NCBI GenBank assembly: GCA_964590465.1
Contig: CAZPYG010000008.1
Coordinates: 15,418-79,417 of the forward strand
Source of the DNA: an uncultured bacterium
Lineage (GTDB): Bacteria; Cyanobacteriota; Cyanobacteriia; Phormidesmidales; Phormidesmidaceae
Length of the DNA stretch: 64,000 bases
Direction: 5' to 3'
The translations under genes were made by a program, and so were the position numbers. Under the pieces are notes generated by a model. It worked only from the letters and a program-made list of their open reading frames with translations, made no database searches and had not been told where the DNA came from. The first letter of the stretch is position 1. The number at the start of each line of letters is the position of its first letter. Below are positions 1-7,073 of this stretch, piece after piece.

Positions 1-3000
1 CTGAACTCGACTGCCAGAGATTACAACTTGCTCTGGCGCATTAAAGTTGGAGGCACAAATATCTGGTAACCCGGCCAACCGTTGGGTGACGACCTCTCGC
101 GATGCGTTGATAGCTGCCATCGCCCCATCGTGATACTGGCAGGCTTTCAGCATCACCCTTCCCCGGGTTTCGGAAAGGCGAATAAACGACTCCCGAGATA
201 GCACCCCCGCCGCATGTAAAGCTGCATATTCTCCGTAGCTATGGCCCCCCACCATATCAGGGACCAACCCTACCCTGCGGGCCAGCGCCAGATATCCCAG
301 TTCAACGGCCCCCAGAGCCGGTTGCACCACGTGAGTATTGGTGAGTTCCGCCTCTACCCGTTCCGCTTCTGCTGCGGAATAAGGACTGGGAGGATAAATG
401 TACTGGCTTAGCCGTTTAGGGAAAACCCCATGTATCTGGCCATTGGCAAATTCCAATGCCTCGCGCATTTCACTGAAATAAAGGGCAACCTCCCTGGCCA
501 TATCCGGATATTGAGCCACTTGCCCCGGGAAGAGAAAGGCAACTTTGCCAGCCGGCTTTTCGGTTACAGTCGCGAGCTGAATGTGGGGTGGTAGGGGGTC
601 CTCTAAGGCAGGGTTACGGAGGTGTTTAAGGGCAATTGATAAACTGCTTGCAAGCTGTTCCAGGGAGGTGACCACCAGACTCAGTCCCACACCGATTGGG
701 CTTGATTGCCTTAGTCGCTTGGCGCAGGTAAAAGCTAGATCTCGCAGCCTTGGTTGGGCACCCTGGCTTAGCTGCTGGTGCAGGTCCTGAATGTCCTGAA
801 TGAGCCCTTCCCGGCTGGAGTCCCGCCACACCAGGAGCTCATAGGGCCAGGCTTCTGCCCCCACCACAGAGGGCCCGACATTGCCGCCATACTCTTCCAT
901 CACCAGGTGGAAATTGGTACCGCCAAATCCAAAGGCACTGACCCCGGCGCGACGAGGATGGTCCTTAGGCTGTAGCCAGGGTTGGGCCTCTTGCAGCAGA
1001 TACAACGGGCTATCTTCAGCCTTTAAAGTCTCTAGCGGGTTTTCCACGTTGGCATGGGGAGGCAAGGTTTTGTAATGCAGGGCTAGGGCGGCTTTCACCA
1101 TGGCGACCACCCCTGCGGTGGCCTTGGTATGGCCGATCATGGTTTTTACCGATCCCAAAACGCAGGACTTAGGCTCAGCCTGATGGGATTTCAAAACCCC
1201 GGTGATGGTTTCCAGTTCGGCCCGATCTCCGGCCACGGTGCCTGTGCCGTGGGCTTCATAGAGGCCCAAAGTATTAGGTGAGAAGCCTGCCTTGGCATAA
1301 GCCCTGGCTAAGGCCCGCTGTTGCCCCACGCTGGCAGGAGCCGTCATGCTCAAGCCCTTACCATCGCTGGAACTTGCGGTTGCCTTAATGACAGCGTAGA
1401 TTCGATCGCCGTCTCGCTCGGCATCGACTAGTCGCTTCAGCACCACCATGGCCAGCCCTTCGCTGATGACAATCCCATCCGCAGATTGGTCAAATGCTCG
1501 GGCTACTCCTTTGGGAGATAATGCCTGGGTCTTGCTGAAACAGAAAAAGGAAAAGGCTGACTGCACTGTGTCTAGACCACCGGCGACGGCCATATTGCAT
1601 CGACCACTCTCCAAGTCATTGACCGCAATGGTGAGAGCCGTTAAGGAAGAAGCACAGGCCGCATCCACAACAAAGTTCGAGCCTCCGAAATCGAATCGAT
1701 TGGCAATCCGACCCGCTGCGACATTCGGTAGAATTCCGGGAAACGATTCCTCTGTCCACTCTGGTAAACGGTCCCAAACCCTATCATCCGGGTTTTCTAC
1801 CATACGAGGCAGTTCTGCCCGGGTTGCGTATTGTTGCCCCAGGTCAGAGGAACCACCGCTAGAACCGATGACGACTGAGGTATTTTCCCGGTCAAAGTTA
1901 CCATTCTCATAGCCAGCATCTATCAAGGCCCGTCTTACCGCTTCTAGCGCCAGTAGCTGAGCGGGTTCAATGGACTTAATTGATTTTGGCGGAATGCCAA
2001 AACGAATGGGATCAAAAGGAACGTCATCCAGGAAGCCTCCCCACTTGGAGTAGACCTTATCTGGAGTACGCTGATTGGGGTCGTAGTAGAGTCTCCAGTC
2101 CCATCGTTCTCTGGGGATTTCGGAAATACCATTGACTTTCTGGAGAATATTTTCCCAGAACACAATAGGCGCATCGGCTTTGGGCAGCAGGGTACCAATG
2201 CCAACGATAGCAATATCCGATCCTCGGGAAGGGTTCACTGCCTGAGGTGATTCCGACTTCTGGGGAGACAGGTTCTGAAGCAGTTCGGTGCTGTACCCCG
2301 AAACCTCTTGGTGCAGTTCTTCAACGGTAATTACCTGATTTCGCAGGGTGGCCACCTGACCAATCATGTACATGCCGGTCGATAGCTGCTGGTTCGCTTC
2401 CACGGGATGAATCTCTGAACCCTGACGCACTAACCCCTTGGAGGCAATACGTAAGCGTCCCAAAGTCAGATCTTCCAGGGTATTCTTTATGTCTTCGGCT
2501 GAGCGCCCCTCCTGCATCATCCGCCGCCGCGTGGCATAAAATTCTTCTGCAAAGGGTGTCAAGGCGCACCGAGAAGCATGTCCCGGACCGGTTTCCAGGT
2601 TAATGGTTCGGGTGCAGGCCAGAGCCTGGCGCTGAAACTCAGGCATAATGGCACCACAGGCCACCGCTTCTTGGGTAAATAAATAGGCGGTACCCATCAA
2701 TACCCCAATTTTGATGCCACGCTCTGCCAGGGGAGCTGCCATAGCGTTAACCATCGACGCGGATCGGGCATCATGAATGCCCCCCGCAAAAAACACATGG
2801 ACTTCCGGAGCTACGGTTGGGGAAACTTCCTCCAGCAGCATCGTGATCATGCTTTCCCAGAGAACGAAGCTGCTTAAAGGTCCAACATGTCCTCCACATT
2901 CCCGGCCTTCAAAAATAAATCGCCGGGCACCCTGCTTCAGAAACATTTTCAGCAAGCTGGGGGTAGGTACATGCAGATAGGTAGCTATCCCCTCCTGCTC

Positions 3001-4305
3001 AAGCGTCTTCGCCTGATCTGGCCTGCCCCCGGCAATTAGGGCAAAAGGAGGCTTAACGGCCAGTACCGCCTTAAGTTGAGCTTCCCTTAAGGCCTGGGGT
3101 ACAAACCCCAAAATGCCCACGCCCCAAGGACGCTCACCCACCAGCTGCTGAGTCTTTGCCAGTAAAGTTTGCACCTGCTCACCCCGCATTAGGGCTAGGG
3201 CCACCCAGGGCAGCCCCCCGGCTCGGGAAACGGCATCAGCAAATTCAGCCGTGTCACTAACCCGGGTCATTGGTCCCTGGGAGATGGGATATCGGGTACC
3301 GTGAGACACGGCTAAAGGAGCGCCAGGCCCTAAGGGTCGGAGCCGCCGGGCGGTAATCAAATGGTCTTCACTAGCCTTGAGGATGGCCTGTATGTAGCGA
3401 CCCGTAGTCTGAAATTGCTCCCGAGCCGCTGCCGCTAAACCGATCGCTTGACCCATTGGCCATGCCGCTGTTCCCGGTTCTCCCCAACCCACTAAAGAGG
3501 CGACGGTTTCTTCCCAGGTAGCTTCAATTGCCTCCGTTGAGCTTAACTCGATGTCTCCAGCGGCGTTCTGCAGTTGAGCAATGGCCTTAAAACCAGGCCG
3601 AGACAACACCCGGACCGAGTCACCGAGACGCTCACCAATGGGTATGGCTTCTTGTCCATTCAGGTTATGAAGATAGGAACTCCAGTCGGTGGGCAAGGGG
3701 GACTCTGGCATCAGCCAAAGCTGGTCATCTAAAACTATTCCCGCGGCTCCTGCCCCTCGGCAAGCGGCTGCGGTATGCAGCCCGATCCCCCCTTGTACAT
3801 AGATGGGAAAAGGGCATCCGGCCTGAATTATTTTTTGACTTAAGATAAAAGCTGGGTCATTGCCTCCCCAGCCGCCGCATTCATGACCTCGGGCAACAAG
3901 ACCATCAATTTTGTCCGATATAACTCCAATGGTGGATAGTTGCTCAATATCTGTAATTTCTAAACAAAGCCGGCGTTCATCGACCTGAGGCAATGCATCA
4001 ATCAGGGTTGCCAGAGTCTCAGTTTGCCAGTGGCACAAAATTAACCAATGCGGTCGGGAACTCAGCCTCTGAAGTAGAGCGTGACTGGACTCAATTTGCA
4101 ATTCCCTAAGTCTTAGACCAATCAGTTGATCGGGACTCAAAAGGTTAAGAGCCGAATCTAAATTTTGGAGGGCCACATCAAGTTTGGCATCAGGACAAAA
4201 TTCCCGATCAAGAATACCAACCCCGCCAGCGCGACTGGTGGCAATGGCAAGCCCTGGATGTTCCAAATGGACTGGACTCAGCGATAGACAAGTAAATTCA
4301 CCCAT
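1..4305 (-). CDS. Type I polyketide synthase, N-terminal part (3' end runs off the window): two tandem FMN-dependent enoyl-reductase/nitronate-monooxygenase-like (PfaD/FabK-type) domains, then KS, then AT
   Basis: Absent from the ORF track because there is no stop inside the window. My reverse-strand translation from the ATG (complement of 4303-4305) stays open to base 1 (1435 codons). Motifs read: 'ATSRAGGVGIL', 'VARGHECGGWGG', then 'YPISQGPMTRVSD', 'IFEGRECGGHVGP', 'GVLMGTAYLFT'. KS motifs: 'VVDAACASSLTAL' (Cys codon 1654-1656), 'YEAHGTGT', 'KTMIGHTKATAG'. AT motif: 'GGHSYGEYAAL' (Ser codon 238-240). Confidence 0.9.
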   Translation of the reverse strand, partial: MGEFTCLSLSPVHLEHPGLAIATSRAGGVGILDREFCPDAKLDVALQNLDSALNLLSPDQLIGLRLRELQIESSHALLQRLSSRPHWLILCHWQTETLATLIDALPQVDERRLCLEITDIEQLSTIGVISDKIDGLVARGHECGGWGGNDPAFILSQKIIQAGCPFPIYVQGGIGLHTAAACRGAGAAGIVLDDQLWLMPESPLPTDWSSYLHNLNGQEAIPIGERLGDSVRVLSRPGFKAIAQLQNAAGDIELSSTEAIEATWEETVASLVGWGEPGTAAWPMGQAIGLAAAAREQFQTTGRYIQAILKASEDHLITARRLRPLGPGAPLAVSHGTRYPISQGPMTRVSDTAEFADAVSRAGGLPWVALALMRGEQVQTLLAKTQQLVGERPWGVGILGFVPQALREAQLKAVLAVKPPFALIAGGRPDQAKTLEQEGIATYLHVPTPSLLKMFLKQGARRFIFEGRECGGHVGPLSSFVLWESMITMLLEEVSPTVAPEVHVFFAGGIHDARSASMVNAMAAPLAERGIKIGVLMGTAYLFTQEAVACGAIMPEFQRQALACTRTINLETGPGHASRCALTPFAEEFYATRRRMMQEGRSAEDIKNTLEDLTLGRLRIASKGLVRQGSEIHPVEANQQLSTGMYMIGQVATLRNQVITVEELHQEVSGYSTELLQNLSPQKSESPQAVNPSRGSDIAIVGIGTLLPKADAPIVFWENILQKVNGISEIPRERWDWRLYYDPNQRTPDKVYSKWGGFLDDVPFDPIRFGIPPKSIKSIEPAQLLALEAVRRALIDAGYENGNFDRENTSVVIGSSGGSSDLGQQYATRAELPRMVENPDDRVWDRLPEWTEESFPGILPNVAAGRIANRFDFGGSNFVVDAACASSLTALTIAVNDLESGRCNMAVAGGLDTVQSAFSFFCFSKTQALSPKGVARAFDQSADGIVISEGLAMVVLKRLVDAERDGDRIYAVIKATASSSDGKGLSMTAPASVGQQRALARAYAKAGFSPNTLGLYEAHGTGTVAGDRAELETITGVLKSHQAEPKSCVLGSVKTMIGHTKATAGVVAMVKAALALHYKTLPPHANVENPLETLKAEDSPLYLLQEAQPWLQPKDHPRRAGVSAFGFGGTNFHLVMEEYGGNVGPSVVGAEAWPYELLVWRDSSREGLIQDIQDLHQQLSQGAQPRLRDLAFTCAKRLRQSSPIGVGLSLVVTSLEQLASSLSIALKHLRNPALEDPLPPHIQLATVTEKPAGKVAFLFPGQVAQYPDMAREVALYFSEMREALEFANGQIHGVFPKRLSQYIYPPSPYSAAEAERVEAELTNTHVVQPALGAVELGYLALARRVGLVPDMVGGHSYGEYAALHAAGVLSRESFIRLSETRGRVMLKACQYHDGAMAAINASREVVTQRLAGLPDICASNFNAPEQVVISGSRVQ

Positions 4306-5476
4306 AGTCCCGAATTGACGATACAATCATGCATTCTGGAGAGTCACAGGTCCCAAAAGAAGACTCTTAAGACCATAGGAAGGAGTAGACTCGATGTAAA
4401 CCCCTCACCTGACCCAAAAACCGTATTTCTAGGATTAGTGAATAATACCTTTGAACTCCAGTTTTTTGGGGCTATTGACGCAAACCTCCGTCGAACTTAC
4501 TCAGACTGAAAAGGATTTTATAATCGGACAGCGAATTTATCGCTATAGGTCAAAAAAAGACTTTTCCAATACTTTCAAGGATAATGAATCTCAAACCACC
4601 AATAAAACAGCAATAACCCCTAGATGAGCTTTAGTCCGCGAGCAGTGAACCATCTCTTCATGGTCATAAAGTTTTATGGACAGGTAAGAAGTTCAGAGTG
4701 AGTTGCCTGAACGGAAATCTCCGTCGAGGGCTTTATCTGTATGCCCAACAAGGCATCAATTAAGCACAGGTTACAACTATCTGACAATATCCGTAACAAT
4801 ATAGCAGAGCGATCCCGGATAACTATGTCATTTATCAGATGACTGCGAAAGGCTCTGACAGAAAATAATGACCGGGCATGGAACTCCACGGATAACCGAA
4901 TGATTAGGGAAAAAATCGGACTTTTCTGCCCCCGAGAAGCGCTTTCAGGGGTATGGTTGTCATCACTCCATCAGGGGCCGAGACAGCCTGATAAGTAGCA
5001 AGGTGAACATTTAAAGTATTCTTGGTGATCCTGACTCCTGCGGTCGCGGTAGACGCGGAAGGGAGAGGCAAAGTTTCTAAAATCCAAAGTCTTAACATTG
5101 CAGCCCTGAGGTAAACCTGGATGCTAATGTATCATTGAACTCCAGTCTGTACTGATCAGATTGATATCTTGTTGACCTCCTACGTCCTTTGCGAGTTAGC
5201 TAGTTAGAATTACTGGTCTCGAAATTTTCAAAACTGTATACTATGGTGCAGTTTCCTGTAGACATCTAAGCTCTAATCTGCTTTGATATGCTCAAATGTA
5301 AAGATTGTGTAGCTCTGTATCCCTTCAGACCGTCGAGATTTGAGTTTCATGGTGGCCGGTCGTTCACCGTAGACGTATTTTATTTTCTCTTGTTTCGTAT
5401 CCATAGGCAGGTGGCTAGGTCTAAGGTTCGTTTTCGGCTAGTTGAAAAGCCTCATTAAACTGGGAGTAAATTTTTG

Positions 5477-6508
5477 ATGACTCAATTCACACCGAGCATT
5501 AAGCAGGTTGATTCAGGCTCTGTAAGCAGTAAAGGAGATCTGAAACGGGCTCAGGCACTAGCTAAGGAGGGGCGCTTTGAAGAAGCCTCAAAAGAATATG
5601 AGGCGGTTTTAAAGGCTGACCCATCCTCTTTCCCCGCCCAAATGGGGGCCGGTAATACAAAACTGAGACTACGGCAGCCAGATGAATCCATTGTTCACTA
5701 TCAGGCAGCTTGCCGGATTGATCCCCTCAAGGCCCAACCTTATATGCGGTTAGGTCGGATCTATGCTACCCAAAAGCAATATGACCAGGCAGTTGCACAA
5801 TACCAGAATGTGATTAAGCTGGACAGTAAGTCCCCCGCTGGATATGTCGGCCTTGGGGGAGTTTTACTCTTGAAAGGCAATTATCCTGAAGCCACTGAAA
5901 ATCTCCTTCAGGCTCTCCGATTAAATCCTCGCTTACTCTCAGCTCGACGCCGACTGGCCCAGGCCTACGCCCAGCAGAAGAACTTTCCAGAGGCCGTAGC
6001 CCAACTGAACGCGGCTTTAAGAATTGAACCAGAAAATTCAGGCACCTATGTTGGTTTGGGTCGCATTTATTTGACCCAGAAAGACTACAAATCAGCCCGA
6101 CGCTCTTTTCAGGAAGCCGTTAATGTAAATCCTGATGCTCCGACTCCTGCTCGCTTAGGTTTAGCCGAGTGCTTACTGGCCGAAAATAAGCCCAGCGAAG
6201 CATCTGAAGTTCTTTCTCAAGTAGAGATACCCCAGCGGGATTCCGTGAGAAGTCGATACCACCAGCTCTGGGGAGATACTTATTTTCAGCAGGGTCTATA
6301 CAAAGAGTCCGTTGAGGAATATCAAGCGGCTGTTTTAATTACCTCCAAAGAAAAATCTGATGGAGTGCCCACTGAGTTGCCTAAAGTAGACATGACCATT
6401 TCCTCCGACAGCGAACAATGGAAAACCTTGGCCAATCAACTTCAGGGTCGCATAGCATCCGCAGTTGATGAGCGGCGCACCGACTTCGATACTGATTTCG
6501 ATGACTAG
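5477..6508 (+). CDS. TPR-repeat protein
   Basis: ORF track 5474..6508 (TTG, then ATG at 5477). Repeated 34-aa TPR-like units, e.g. 'AQPYMRLGRIYATQKQYDQAVAQYQNVIKLDSKS' and 'GTYVGLGRIYLTQKDYKSARRSFQEAVNVNP'. Acidic C-terminus. Confidence 0.8.
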   Translation: MTQFTPSIKQVDSGSVSSKGDLKRAQALAKEGRFEEASKEYEAVLKADPSSFPAQMGAGNTKLRLRQPDESIVHYQAACRIDPLKAQPYMRLGRIYATQKQYDQAVAQYQNVIKLDSKSPAGYVGLGGVLLLKGNYPEATENLLQALRLNPRLLSARRRLAQAYAQQKNFPEAVAQLNAALRIEPENSGTYVGLGRIYLTQKDYKSARRSFQEAVNVNPDAPTPARLGLAECLLAENKPSEASEVLSQVEIPQRDSVRSRYHQLWGDTYFQQGLYKESVEEYQAAVLITSKEKSDGVPTELPKVDMTISSDSEQWKTLANQLQGRIASAVDERRTDFDTDFDD

Positions 6509-6575
6509 GCACAAAGATAAGTTAAAAGTTTCCCTTGACTTGTATTAGATACCCTATAACTTAGTCAGATGAATG

Positions 6576-6636
6576 TTTACCTTCCATTTTCTGTGTGCCT
6601 CAGAAAATGGAAGGTAAATCATTAAAGTGCTTTTTT
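6576..6636 (+). terminator. Strong hairpin downstream of the TPR gene (candidate intrinsic terminator)
   Basis: Perfect 18-bp inverted repeat TTTACCTTCCATTTTCTG (6576-6593) / CAGAAAATGGAAGGTAAA (6601-6618) with a 7-nt loop, followed by a T6 run at 6631-6636. Confidence 0.5.
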
Positions 6637-6878
6637 CTACTTTAGGCCCCATGGTGACTACGGACAAAAGTCGAATTTGAATATGACCAGAACCGTTTGG
6701 GTAAGCTTTATCCCAGGTACCAGAAAATTCTATCGGTAGATTCCTTAAGCCAAACCTTTGAACTACCCTGATTTCCAATCTGGAACATTCGGTGAGGAAA
6801 GGCAGCAAAGCCGAATCTACCCATCTCTCTTGATGGCAGTACAATATGTAGAAAAATACTGTAGGAATTGAGCTGTTT

Positions 6879-7016
6879 ATGCTTCATCCTATCGAAATTA
6901 AGTTTTTAGGCCCTGAAGATCAGATTGTTCAAACAACTGCAGGCAACTCCAGTGCTCGTTTAGGTTGCCAATGTATCGTCAATGGTCCCATTGTGATTCG
7001 TCCCCTGGAAGGTTAA
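6879..7016 (+). CDS. Small ORF (45 aa), hypothetical. Its tail resembles the C-terminal motif of adrenodoxin-type [2Fe-2S] ferredoxins
   Basis: Below the ORF-track size cut-off; read by hand: MLHPIEIKFLGPEDQIVQTTAGNSSARLGCQCIVNGPIVIRPLEG. AGGA lies 13 nt upstream of the ATG. The ORF ends 57 nt before the next gene on the same strand. It has only two Cys, so it is not a complete ferredoxin. Confidence 0.3.
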   Translation: MLHPIEIKFLGPEDQIVQTTAGNSSARLGCQCIVNGPIVIRPLEG

Positions 7017-7073
7017 TCTGCAGCCTTAACCGGCTTTATCTGTTGCATCTATTCATGTTCCCGATTATCGTCC

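Noticed and set aside
581-2980. Short plus- and minus-strand ORFs (581, 626, 778, 881, 1448, 1944, 2321, 2777) listed in the track
   Set aside because: All lie inside the long open minus-strand PKS frame, which carries clear KS/AT/ER motifs. They are antisense or off-frame artefacts of GC-rich coding sequence.
6554-6844. 96-aa minus-strand ORF between the TPR gene and the HlyD-fusion gene
   Set aside because: It spans the perfect 18-bp hairpin at 6576-6618, has no motifs and has an implausible composition. The region is better explained as a terminator plus promoter.
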